IMG/VR virus record: IMGVR_UViG_3300009173_000010
Span: 1 to 64,000 of that record
From: a virus
DNA length: 64,000 nucleotides
Direction: 5' to 3' (one strand)
The notes below the pieces were generated by a model that worked only from the letters and a program-made list of their open reading frames with translations, did not search any database and was not told the DNA's origin. Both the position numbers and the translations under genes were made by a program. Numbering within the stretch: the first letter of the stretch is position 1; the number at the start of each line of letters is the position of its first letter. This document shows, one piece after another, positions 38,442 through 47,668 of this stretch.

Positions 38442-40037
38442 ATGCCACAAGGTACAGACAGTAAATTAATTAAATCTGCTCATAAGTCGATAAAGTATAC
38501 TAAAGAAGAAATAACACATTTAAAAGAATGTATGGACAAGACAACGGGTCCTTTATACTTTATGAGTAATTTTATGTATATACAGCATCCGGTTCGCGGA
38601 AGGCTATTATTTGACCCATATGATTATCAGGTAGAATTGGTAGACAATTATCATGAGAATAGATTTAGTATTAATATGTGTGGACGACAGATGGGTAAAA
38701 CTACTGTTGCCGCAGGCTATTTGTTGTGGTATGCAATGTTCATTCCAGACAGTACAATATTAATTGCCGCACACAAATATCAAGGTTCTGCTGAAATTAT
38801 GCAACGTGTGCGTTATGCTTATGAGAGCGTACCGGATTTTATTCGGCCTGGTGTGACTAACTACAATAGAAATAGTATAGATTTTGATAATGGGTCGAGA
38901 ATACAATCATCAACAACTACAGATAATACTGGACGCGGTATGTCCTTGTCACTTATTTACTGTGACGAGTTTGCATTTGTGCAACCAAGAGTAGCACAAG
39001 AGTTCTGGACTTCCTTATCTCCAACATTAGCAACAGGTGGTAAATGTATTATTACATCTACACCTAATAGTGATGATGATCAATTTGCATCAATTTGGCG
39101 AGAAGCAAATAATACAATTGATGAACACGGCGACCATCAAAAATTAGGACGCAATGGATTCTCAGGTTTTAAAGTTACTTGGCAAGAGCACCCAGACCGT
39201 GATGACGAATGGGCAAAGGGGGAAAGATCCCGCGTTGGTGAAGAACGTTTTAGACGAGAGCATTTGTGTGAGTTTATTATTTACGATGAAACATTAATTG
39301 ATCCATTAAAGTTAGTTGGTTTAAAAGGAAGAGAACCAGTATTGAGAACTGGAGAAGTGCGTTGGTTTAAGAAACCGACGAAAGGCGGTATTTATCTTGT
39401 TGGCTTAGATCCAAGTTTGGGCACAGGCGGAAATTCAGCGGCCATTGAAGTTTATGATGGTACAACAATGGAGCAGATTGCGGAATGGCAACATAATAAG
39501 TCTCCAGTAAAACGCCAATTAAAAATTATGCAAGACATTTTAATGTATATTGCAAAAGAAACAGATTATAAAGAAGGTACACATTTAGAAACAGAAATTT
39601 ATTGGAGTGTAGAAAACAACACACTCGGTGAAGCCGCATTAACTGTTATTGAATATACTGGGGAAGAAAATTTTCCTGGACAAATGATAAGTCAACCAAA
39701 AGCAGGAAGCGCCACCCGACGATTTAGAAAAGGCTTTACTACTACAGCAAAGACAAAAATAGCAATGTGTTCGATGCTTAAAAATTTAGTAGAGTCTAAT
39801 AAAATAAAAATATATAGTAATAATTTAGTAAGAGAATTAAAGAATTTTGTAGCACACGGATTAAAATTTCAGGCAAAATTGGGGGAATCTGATGATTTAG
39901 TAGCGGCAACGTTATTGGTACTTCGAATTAGTCATCATTTAGCAAAATATGACGACAGAATTCACGAAAGAATGGCTCAAAACGCCGCTGATGACGATAC
40001 TGGCTTCGAACTGCCCCTCCCATTAGGTCTAATTTAA
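38442..40037 (+). CDS. gp17: Terminase large subunit (gp17-like)
   Basis: YDYQ, GRQMGKTT, GRG, YCDEFAF, TSTPN, GLDPS, VENN, DDLV. Confidence 0.96.
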   Translation: MPQGTDSKLIKSAHKSIKYTKEEITHLKECMDKTTGPLYFMSNFMYIQHPVRGRLLFDPYDYQVELVDNYHENRFSINMCGRQMGKTTVAAGYLLWYAMFIPDSTILIAAHKYQGSAEIMQRVRYAYESVPDFIRPGVTNYNRNSIDFDNGSRIQSSTTTDNTGRGMSLSLIYCDEFAFVQPRVAQEFWTSLSPTLATGGKCIITSTPNSDDDQFASIWREANNTIDEHGDHQKLGRNGFSGFKVTWQEHPDRDDEWAKGERSRVGEERFRREHLCEFIIYDETLIDPLKLVGLKGREPVLRTGEVRWFKKPTKGGIYLVGLDPSLGTGGNSAAIEVYDGTTMEQIAEWQHNKSPVKRQLKIMQDILMYIAKETDYKEGTHLETEIYWSVENNTLGEAALTVIEYTGEENFPGQMISQPKAGSATRRFRKGFTTTAKTKIAMCSMLKNLVESNKIKIYSNNLVRELKNFVAHGLKFQAKLGESDDLVAATLLVLRISHHLAKYDDRIHERMAQNAADDDTGFELPLPLGLI

Positions 40038-40048
40038 TAAATACATAT

Positions 40049-42436
40049 ATGAGTTCGAGTATAGAAAATATAGCCACCGAAGTTCGCAAGGTGATCAAAG
40101 GTACAGGCTTTCGTTTAGAAATGTTTTCTGAAAACGGAGATAAAACTCTTGACGATCGTGAAGCCAGAAGGTTCTTTTTAAAGCCTTCTAATGTTATGAT
40201 TACACTTGACGAAACTTTAAAAACTATAAAATTGCACAAACCAGATTCGGTAGAATTAGATGAAATTGAGAATTTACGTAAAACGTTGCAAAGTATTGCA
40301 ACTAAAAACAGATGGAATTTTGATCTACGAACGTTTGGACATACCTTAAAACCAAAGGATTATGTGCATCAAGCAGTTAAATCAATGAATGATGAGGAAT
40401 TAGCAATGAAAAATATGGCAGAGGGAATGTCTCCGATGTCAGGAAGTAGTAAATCTAGTTATCAGTTACATGATAACAAAGTAAAATTAATCGTGAGACA
40501 TACAAAATCAATTGACGAAGAAGTACGCGGTTCACGAAGCCGTCACATTAAGGCACTGTTTATCGAAAATGGCGCCGGAGAAAGATTTCAATATCCGCAT
40601 ATACATTTAGCAGGTGCGAGAGCAATGGCAAGACATGTAAGTATGGGAGGCATTACACATGATGATGTAGGAAGCCACATTACAGGATTGTCAGAGGAAT
40701 ATGCTCAAGTACAAAAGTTTTTGCGTTATGCACGATCACCTAAGTTTGTTAGTGAGGAAACAGGTGATGCTGTTGAAGCAGTCAAAGAACGTTATGCAAA
40801 TATTAAAGAACAATTAGTTGCACTCACTAGTGTTAAGAATTATGGTCAAGCAGTAGAATCAATTGATAATACAGTACGAGAAACTACTGATGAGAAAGTT
40901 ACAGAACTTAAAGATATGTTTACTACAAGAGAATTCCCTGAGTCTCTTGAAGAGTCACTACCGCTAATTTCCAAAATTATAGAATATCGTGTTAAACCAC
41001 AGCCATCAGTTGGCGATCAGTTAAAGGACATTGATTTACTTAAGAGCAAAGCCGAAGAAGCAGAGTTTCATACACCATCAGCAGGCCAAGATGAATATTC
41101 GAGTGCGAATATTATGAAGTTTGCAAGTGTAAGAGATGAGATCTCTTACAAAGTTAGAGAGTTATCAGCAATTATTAAGGATGACTTGTTATCAGCATTT
41201 TTGGCACGTACAGGTGAGAAAATGCAAGACGAGGGAGCAAGCATTTCGAGTGAAGAAGTTGATATAGTTAAAACTGTTATGCAACGAGCCGGAGATAAAG
41301 GGTTGTTTGCTAAAAAAGCCTCTGCTGATGCTGACGCAGGCCCAAGTATCGATGATGAGAATCCCGAAGAAATGCCGGATGATATGTATGCACCAGAAGG
41401 TAAGCAATTTGAAAGTTGGTTAGAAGATGTTGCTAGTGATAAAGCATTGTTTGAAACAGTTAAAATTTCAGAAGATGAGTTTGTAGACTTTAGTCGCGCA
41501 GTTGCTGATGCAAAACAACGTATGGCAAACTTGCCACGTATGAGTGACGGTTCACCATTAATCCGTAAGATTAAAGGTATGTGTGAAGAAGTTGCAAAGG
41601 AATATGATCTTAAAACAGAAGATGTTTATTCTGCATTAAGTGGTGAGGAAGTTATTAACGAAGGCGAGCCACGCCAATATAAAGGCGACGGCACTGATGC
41701 AATGGTAGTTAAGGACGGCGAAGTAAAAGTGATTGACGCCGAAGAATTAGACAGTGCATTAGTTGACGGTTGGGAATTAGCAGAATCAGTAATTCGTGAA
41801 GATAAGTTTTCAGAAACAGAAATTACTGTTAATAAAGATATTCCATTAGCAGGTGATAGTATTTGGATGAATTCTGAACATGGTATTGATGAACCAGTTG
41901 ATTCGGTTCATGTTTCGACTATTAGTGTTAGAACTGGCGATGAAGACGACGAGGATGATAATACCATAAGTGTTTATGTTGACCATGATGGTCCATATCA
42001 AATTTATACTGATTCGGGTTTTGAAAAAGCAATTAGTGACATTACTGGATATGATCTTGGCTTTAGTGAGCAAGGTATGCAGGAAGACGAACTTGCACAT
42101 CTAGAAGGTTATCTTGACAACACAGGGCAAGAAGAAGAGCTAGATGATTTAGGCCAAAATCTTGAATATGATGCAGACCCAGCCCTTGAAACGCGAAACC
42201 GTGTTAGACATTTAGCAGGTATAGATCCAGTTATTGAAGACGCCGAAACTGATGATGACGAAGAACAAATAGACGAAGCACAAAGCGAAGCACAAAAAGC
42301 CGCTTTCCAGAAAATGCTTGATGCTAAAAATGGCAAGAAGGAAGAAACTGACGATGATAATGACGACGATAATGACGACGAAGACGACGAAGTCTCAGAA
42401 ACATTAGATCGTGTTAAGCATTTAGCAGGCGTTTAA
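40049..42436 (+). CDS. Conserved acidic virion protein
   Basis: GERF.YP..HLAGARAMARH motif; leaderless late start; two R.(R/K)HLAG[IV] motifs. Confidence 0.7.
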   Translation: MSSSIENIATEVRKVIKGTGFRLEMFSENGDKTLDDREARRFFLKPSNVMITLDETLKTIKLHKPDSVELDEIENLRKTLQSIATKNRWNFDLRTFGHTLKPKDYVHQAVKSMNDEELAMKNMAEGMSPMSGSSKSSYQLHDNKVKLIVRHTKSIDEEVRGSRSRHIKALFIENGAGERFQYPHIHLAGARAMARHVSMGGITHDDVGSHITGLSEEYAQVQKFLRYARSPKFVSEETGDAVEAVKERYANIKEQLVALTSVKNYGQAVESIDNTVRETTDEKVTELKDMFTTREFPESLEESLPLISKIIEYRVKPQPSVGDQLKDIDLLKSKAEEAEFHTPSAGQDEYSSANIMKFASVRDEISYKVRELSAIIKDDLLSAFLARTGEKMQDEGASISSEEVDIVKTVMQRAGDKGLFAKKASADADAGPSIDDENPEEMPDDMYAPEGKQFESWLEDVASDKALFETVKISEDEFVDFSRAVADAKQRMANLPRMSDGSPLIRKIKGMCEEVAKEYDLKTEDVYSALSGEEVINEGEPRQYKGDGTDAMVVKDGEVKVIDAEELDSALVDGWELAESVIREDKFSETEITVNKDIPLAGDSIWMNSEHGIDEPVDSVHVSTISVRTGDEDDEDDNTISVYVDHDGPYQIYTDSGFEKAISDITGYDLGFSEQGMQEDELAHLEGYLDNTGQEEELDDLGQNLEYDADPALETRNRVRHLAGIDPVIEDAETDDDEEQIDEAQSEAQKAAFQKMLDAKNGKKEETDDDNDDDNDDEDDEVSETLDRVKHLAGV

Positions 42437-42447
42437 GGGATTGATCT

Positions 42448-42580
42448 ATGTTAGTCGAAGAAATACTTGAAGTATGTTGATGCCTTAAATAAACATTGGA
42501 AAGAACACCCAGAAGACTTTGGACCCAAAACAAAAAAGAGTGAAGCAATAAATCATCTTAAACATTTAGCAGGGATATAA
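42448..42580 (+). pseudogene. Frameshifted or deleted small head-protein gene
   Basis: MLVEEILE in frame 0; KYVDALN...LKHLAGI* in the +1 frame. Confidence 0.4.
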
Positions 42581-42588
42581 ATATTATT

Positions 42589-42942
42589 ATGAAACTCAAT
42601 GATTTATTAAACGAGACTATACAAGAGGAAGAGGAAACGCAATACATTGTATTAGACGTTGCCCGTCCTGGTCGTTCTTGGGTTGCAGATAGTAAAAAAG
42701 ATGTTGTTGATGCAATTTTAACTAATGCTATTAAGCAATGGCAAGTACTTGAAGCCGACGACAATGAAATTATTGCTGATTATCATCATGATACAATTTA
42801 CTCCGGTACTATTACACCAAAAGATAAATCACTAGAAAGAGTAAAAGAATTAATGTTTACAGTTAAGGATGATCTACCAGATCATTCAGCATTTCCAAAA
42901 GTTAAAGCAGATATGGAAATAGTTGATTCTGATGAGATTTGA
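42589..42942 (+). CDS. Hypothetical protein (MKLNDLLNE)
   Basis: TAAATA-N5-ATG; 117 aa. Confidence 0.65.
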   Translation: MKLNDLLNETIQEEEETQYIVLDVARPGRSWVADSKKDVVDAILTNAIKQWQVLEADDNEIIADYHHDTIYSGTITPKDKSLERVKELMFTVKDDLPDHSAFPKVKADMEIVDSDEI

Positions 42943-42989
42943 TCAGCCGGATATATTATTGTTAATTTGTTTATGTCACAAAAAAATGG

Positions 42990-43018
42990 TTGACATTTGT
43001 TGAATTAGATACTATACT
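42990..43018 (+). promoter_or_regulatory. Sigma70-like promoter
   Basis: TTGACA-17 nt-TATACT. Confidence 0.75.
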
Positions 43019-43083
43019 GTATCTAGTTAAGTATATAAAACTCAACTTAAAACTAACATTAGGCTAATACAGGAGAACTAATA

Positions 43084-44055
43084 ATGGCTACATTGGCAGA
43101 ACTAAGGGCAAAACTCGCGGCACAGGATCAGCGTCAGTCTGGACCTCGCGAAACAGATAACGCAATTTATGCGTTTTGGAATATCCCCAACGATACTACA
43201 GCAACGATGCGTTTTCTTCCCGACGGGGACGAAAGCAATACATTCTTTTGGCAAGAGCGTCAAATGATTCGTATTACTTTCCCTGGAGTAAAAGGGCAAG
43301 ACGAAGCAAGACCAGTTACGGTTAACGTACCGTGCATTGAAATGTGGGGAGAAACCTGTCCAGTACACGCAAAAATCCGTCCATGGTTTAAGGACCCGAC
43401 ACTTGAAGACATTGGTCGCAAGTATTGGAAAAAGCGTTCATACATCTTTCAAGGGTTTGTTGTAAATAATCCATTGGAAGGTGATGCAAAACCAGAGAAT
43501 CCAGTTCGACGCTTTGTTATTAATCCGTCTATTTTTAAGATTATTAAAGCGGCGTTAATGGATCCTGAAATGGAAAACTTACCAACTGATTATACAAGCG
43601 GTACAGATTTCCGACTTACTAAAACACAGAAAGGTCAGTATGCTGATTATTCAACTTCGAACTGGGCTCGTCGTGAGCGTACTTTGGGAGAAGAGGAACT
43701 TGAGGCAATTAATACACATGGTCTGTTCACACTTAATGATTATCTACCAAAGCGTCCAGACGCAAGAGGAGTAGAGGTAATCTATGAAATGTTTGAAGCA
43801 TCAGTTGATGGCGAACTTTATGATGCTAATAAATGGGGCGATTATTATCGCCCATATGGTGTTGATAATCCAAATAAAACAACTTCAAAACCTACTGTAA
43901 CTGTGTCAGCCGACACATCAAAGTCTGTTGAAGAGGTTGATACACCGGTACCTGATAAGGAAGAGGTTACAGAAACTGCTACTAATAATACTGAGAAATC
44001 AAGTGCAGAAGATATTCTTGCTATGATTCGTAGTCGTAAGAATGCATCTGAATAG
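43084..44055 (+). CDS. gp32: Single-stranded DNA-binding protein (gp32-like)
   Basis: RFLPD, CPV, YWKKRSY, GTDFRLTK, YADYSTS; located before uvsX. Confidence 0.88.
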   Translation: MATLAELRAKLAAQDQRQSGPRETDNAIYAFWNIPNDTTATMRFLPDGDESNTFFWQERQMIRITFPGVKGQDEARPVTVNVPCIEMWGETCPVHAKIRPWFKDPTLEDIGRKYWKKRSYIFQGFVVNNPLEGDAKPENPVRRFVINPSIFKIIKAALMDPEMENLPTDYTSGTDFRLTKTQKGQYADYSTSNWARRERTLGEEELEAINTHGLFTLNDYLPKRPDARGVEVIYEMFEASVDGELYDANKWGDYYRPYGVDNPNKTTSKPTVTVSADTSKSVEEVDTPVPDKEEVTETATNNTEKSSAEDILAMIRSRKNASE

Positions 44056-44106
44056 TAGTTATTGGGAGGGGGGAACCCCTCCCAATCATTCACATGGAGG
44101 ACGCAA

Positions 44107-45192
44107 ATGGTAAGACCGTACGATTTTTCTAAATTAAGAAAAAGTTTAACAAAAAACATTGATGGCTTAAGTCTCGGCTTCAATGATCCTAAGGACTGGA
44201 TTGACACTGGCAGTTATGCATTAAATTATCTTATTAGCGGAGACTTTTATAAAGGTGTTCCTCTCGGTAAGGTAACAATGTTTGCTGGCGAATCTGGATC
44301 CGGAAAAAGTTTAGTGGTGAGCGGTAATTTAGCCCGTAATGCACAAGCGTCCGATTGCTTTGTTGTTATGATGGATAGCGAAAATGCACTTGACAATACT
44401 TGGCTACAAGCACTTGGTGTAGATACAAGCGAAGATAAACTTCTAAAAATTAATGTATCTATGATTGATAGTGTTGCTAAAACATTATCAGAATTTCTTA
44501 AAGGATACAAAGAAGAAAACGGGGGCAAGCAATACGACGAATGCCCAAAAGTAGTAATTATTATTGATAGTTTAGGTATGTTGTTATCGCCAACGGATAT
44601 TAAACAATTTGAAGCCGGCGATCTAAAAGGTGATTTAGGACGCAAGCCTAAGGCGCTTACAGCATTAATTCGTAATACAGTTAATAATATTGCTCCATAT
44701 CCAATTGGATTTATAGTTACAAACCATACATATTCTTCTCAGGATATGTTTAATCCAGATGACAAGATATCAGGCGGCCAAGGGTTTGTGTATGCAAGTT
44801 CTATTGTTGTTGCTATGCGGAAATTAAAACTTAAGGTTGATGCAGATGGTAATAAGGTTTCTGAGGTTTTAGGAATTAGAGCCGCAATGAAAGTCATGAA
44901 AACAAGATTTTCAAAACCATTTGAATCAGTGCAAGTTGAGATTCCGTATGAGACAGGAATGAGCCCATACAGTGGATTAATTGATCTATTTGAAAAATCT
45001 GGTGATCTTGTTAAGCAAGGTAATAGGTTATTATATAAAGACAATACTGGAAAAGAACATATATACTTTAGAAAGGGATGGAATGCAGAGACATTACCGA
45101 TTATTTTGCAAGAAAAAGCAAATGGAGTAGTATTAGAACCGGTAATTGAAGTTGAGAATGATCCTATTTCTTCAGAAATAAATGAGGAATAG
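44107..45192 (+). CDS. uvsX: RecA-like recombinase UvsX
   Basis: DTGSYALN, GESGSGKS, DSENA, IDSLG, TNHTY, SGGQG, KTRF. Confidence 0.93.
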   Translation: MVRPYDFSKLRKSLTKNIDGLSLGFNDPKDWIDTGSYALNYLISGDFYKGVPLGKVTMFAGESGSGKSLVVSGNLARNAQASDCFVVMMDSENALDNTWLQALGVDTSEDKLLKINVSMIDSVAKTLSEFLKGYKEENGGKQYDECPKVVIIIDSLGMLLSPTDIKQFEAGDLKGDLGRKPKALTALIRNTVNNIAPYPIGFIVTNHTYSSQDMFNPDDKISGGQGFVYASSIVVAMRKLKLKVDADGNKVSEVLGIRAAMKVMKTRFSKPFESVQVEIPYETGMSPYSGLIDLFEKSGDLVKQGNRLLYKDNTGKEHIYFRKGWNAETLPIILQEKANGVVLEPVIEVENDPISSEINEE

Positions 45193-45232
45193 GTAAATAT
45201 CCACGATTGCATATATTATTGCGGAGAAAAGT

Positions 45233-45472
45233 ATGAGTGAATTACCTGATTTCTTTACAGAAATGTGGACGGCAATTAAAAATTATATCCCCCAAAAGGA
45301 TAGATATGATGCCGCAAGAAGAATCGTTGATGTTTATGATGGCCTCGGCGACGTTGAAGAGTTAAAAGATTATACAGGACAAGATGATTATTTAGATAAT
45401 GCATTAAGTGATTATTTTAATGAAGTAGAAGAATTTGAAGATTCGGACGAAGAAACGGATGACGAATATTAA
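45233..45472 (+). CDS. Small acidic hypothetical protein
   Basis: SD GGAG; lies between uvsX and uvsY. Confidence 0.65.
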   Translation: MSELPDFFTEMWTAIKNYIPQKDRYDAARRIVDVYDGLGDVEELKDYTGQDDYLDNALSDYFNEVEEFEDSDEETDDEY

Positions 45473-45957
45473 TGGCTAATTGGTATGAGAAAGTTTCAAG
45501 TAACATTAGTAATCTTCCTGATTGTATCGAGTATTACGAAGAACAATTAGTAGAAGCACGTAAGGAGATACCCATGCATGGGTCAATTGAAAAATCTTCA
45601 AGTGTGCTTCCTGCTATTGTTGAGACTCGTTTTTCTCAGTTACAAGAAATTGAAGCAATTCTTGAGCATCTTAATATTCAGTTACGAAGAATTAGAGCAC
45701 GAACCTTTAGAAAATTTTTAGAGAAATATGAACGGGCATTGACTAGTAGAGATGCCGGAGCGTATGTTGATGGGGAATCCGAAGTAGTTGATCAAACAGA
45801 ATTAATTAACCAGTTTGGACTTTTACGAAATCAATTTCTTGGTGTATTAAAAGCACTGGAAGCAAAGCAATTCCAAATTAATAATATTGTTAAATTGAGA
45901 GTTGCTGGTTTGGAAGATTCTGAAATTAATATATTTTATGGGAATCCAAATAAATAA
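45472..45957 (+). CDS. uvsY: Recombination mediator UvsY-like
   Basis: Helical; YVDGE, K.FQINNIVKLRVAG; synteny with uvsX. Confidence 0.75.
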   Translation: MANWYEKVSSNISNLPDCIEYYEEQLVEARKEIPMHGSIEKSSSVLPAIVETRFSQLQEIEAILEHLNIQLRRIRARTFRKFLEKYERALTSRDAGAYVDGESEVVDQTELINQFGLLRNQFLGVLKALEAKQFQINNIVKLRVAGLEDSEINIFYGNPNK

Positions 45958-45960
45958 CTA

Positions 45961-45989
45961 TTGACAAGTTGATAAACATAGTATATAAT
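45961..45989 (+). promoter_or_regulatory. Consensus sigma70 promoter
   Basis: TTGACA-17 nt-TATAAT, a perfect consensus. Confidence 0.85.
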
Positions 45990-46023
45990 GGTTTGACACA
46001 TTGTAATTAAAAGGAGTGTATAA

Positions 46024-46434
46024 ATGAAAATCAATTTACGTAGAGCCGCAACTTTGCAAGAGCAAATTCGTCAAGCGGTATCAGATGTTAATCTTGCTCA
46101 CGGCCAAGGTGAAGAGACCGCCGATTTAGAACAGAAATTAACCCATCTAGAAGAGGTTGAATCTGTATTGTATAGTTTGCGTGATAAAGTTGGTAAAGCA
46201 AACGTTGAAACGGGTGTTAGTACGCTATTAACAAAACGAGTCCAACTTAATAATTTAATCGGACGTTATGAGAAACTTGTACGTCACGGTATGGAATCTT
46301 TTCAATCAAAGTTATCAGATCTTCGCAAGGAGAGAGTAACAATTAGTGAAAAGATTTTAGAATTAAATGTTGGATCTTCGGTAGAGTTAACTGATACAGA
46401 TGAACAAATTCTTGCAAGAGAGAATATACTTTAA
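46024..46434 (+). CDS. Coiled-coil hypothetical protein
   Basis: SD AAGGAG; MKINLRRAATLQ...ILELNV. Confidence 0.75.
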   Translation: MKINLRRAATLQEQIRQAVSDVNLAHGQGEETADLEQKLTHLEEVESVLYSLRDKVGKANVETGVSTLLTKRVQLNNLIGRYEKLVRHGMESFQSKLSDLRKERVTISEKILELNVGSSVELTDTDEQILARENIL

Positions 46435-46444
46435 TATAAATAAC

Positions 46445-46572
46445 ATTGATGCATAGGCATCAATCGCGATACGCTAAACACTATAATGATGAAATTAGAA
46501 GTATTAAGTAAAAGATAACACGGTATGATTGTTAATTGTCACAGACGTAACAATAACGAGCGAGTGTTTAGT
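46445..46572 (+). ncRNA. Candidate structured 3'-UTR/small RNA
   Basis: 8-bp hairpin, 10-bp long-range stem and an internal hairpin, just before a terminator. Confidence 0.45.
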
Positions 46573-46582
46573 TAACTTTTAG

Positions 46583-46617
46583 GCGGGTGACTAGAAATAG
46601 TCACTCGCTTTTTTTTT
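46583..46617 (+). terminator. Intrinsic terminator
   Basis: GCGGGTGACTA-GAAA-TAGTCACTCGC followed by T9. Confidence 0.92.
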
Positions 46618-46633
46618 GGAGTCTTTATAATAT

Positions 46634-47596
46634 ATGGATATAACTTTGTTATGGATGATCCTAGGTTTTATGTTAGCCGCATATTCTGTTGTTGCTAATG
46701 ATAGTGTACAAACCTTAGGTCCATGGCTAGCATCAAATTCAGAAAAATTTAAATGGTATACTTTATGGGCCGCCGCTTCGATTGGTCTATTAATAACTAT
46801 GTGGTATGGGTGGTATATTAATGCAGGTGATATATCATTTGGTAGATTAAATAAAATACCATTTCAAGAAGTGCAATGGTATCATGCTACAGCACCAGCC
46901 ATACTTTTATTGTTAACGCGAATAGGCGTTCCAGTTTCAACCTCATTCCTAGTGTTATCGGCATTTGCTAGTACATTTGTATTGGAAAAAATGCTTGTAA
47001 AATCTGTTATGGGTTATGCATTGGCCGCAGTTGTTGCGTATTGTTTATGGATTGTTTTAGAACGATTAATTGATGAAAAACATGATAAAGTAAAAGAACA
47101 CCATAAAAGATATTGGCGTGTTGCTCAATGGGGCACAACTGGGTTTTTATGGTATACTTGGTTATCACACGATATGGCAAATATTGCTGTATTCCTCCCA
47201 CGAGCATTGTCTATAGAATGGATGCTTTTTATATCTGTTGTATTTGTAGTGTTCTTAGGATATACATTTCGAGAACATGGCGGCAAAATTCAAGAAATTG
47301 TTTTAGAAAAAACAGGCACTAGGTATGTTCGATCAGCAACAATAATTAATTTAGTTTATGCATTCATATTGTTATTCTTTAAAGAATTAAATGACATTCC
47401 TATGAGTACAACTTGGGTGTTTGTTGGATTGCTATGTGGACGAGAACTTGCTATATCAACTGTTATGGAAAATTATAAATTCAAGCACGTATTTCCAATT
47501 GTAGGAAGAGACTTTCTTAAAATGATGTTAGGATTAATAGTTTCAGTTGGAATAGTATTGGCAATACATTATGTAATTATACCTTACGGTTATTGA
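46634..47596 (+). CDS. Polytopic membrane protein, PiT/PHO4 phosphate-transporter-like
   Basis: About 9-10 TM segments; ANDSVQ and HDMAN repeats, PVSTS and PMSTT motifs resemble PiT signatures. Confidence 0.6.
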   Translation: MDITLLWMILGFMLAAYSVVANDSVQTLGPWLASNSEKFKWYTLWAAASIGLLITMWYGWYINAGDISFGRLNKIPFQEVQWYHATAPAILLLLTRIGVPVSTSFLVLSAFASTFVLEKMLVKSVMGYALAAVVAYCLWIVLERLIDEKHDKVKEHHKRYWRVAQWGTTGFLWYTWLSHDMANIAVFLPRALSIEWMLFISVVFVVFLGYTFREHGGKIQEIVLEKTGTRYVRSATIINLVYAFILLFFKELNDIPMSTTWVFVGLLCGRELAISTVMENYKFKHVFPIVGRDFLKMMLGLIVSVGIVLAIHYVIIPYGY

Positions 47597-47668
47597 TCAA
47601 TTGTATAAATAAAATAAAAGAAAATTTAGTTCTATTCCGAGCAAAATTTTTTTGACTGGAGAAAACAT

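Noticed and set aside
38442-40037. Introns or inteins in terminase, helicases, UvsX or MCP
   Set aside because: All have normal lengths and uninterrupted motifs
44061-44086. Strong hairpin between gp32 and uvsX as a terminator
   Set aside because: No U-tract follows, so it is more likely a stabilising or processing stem
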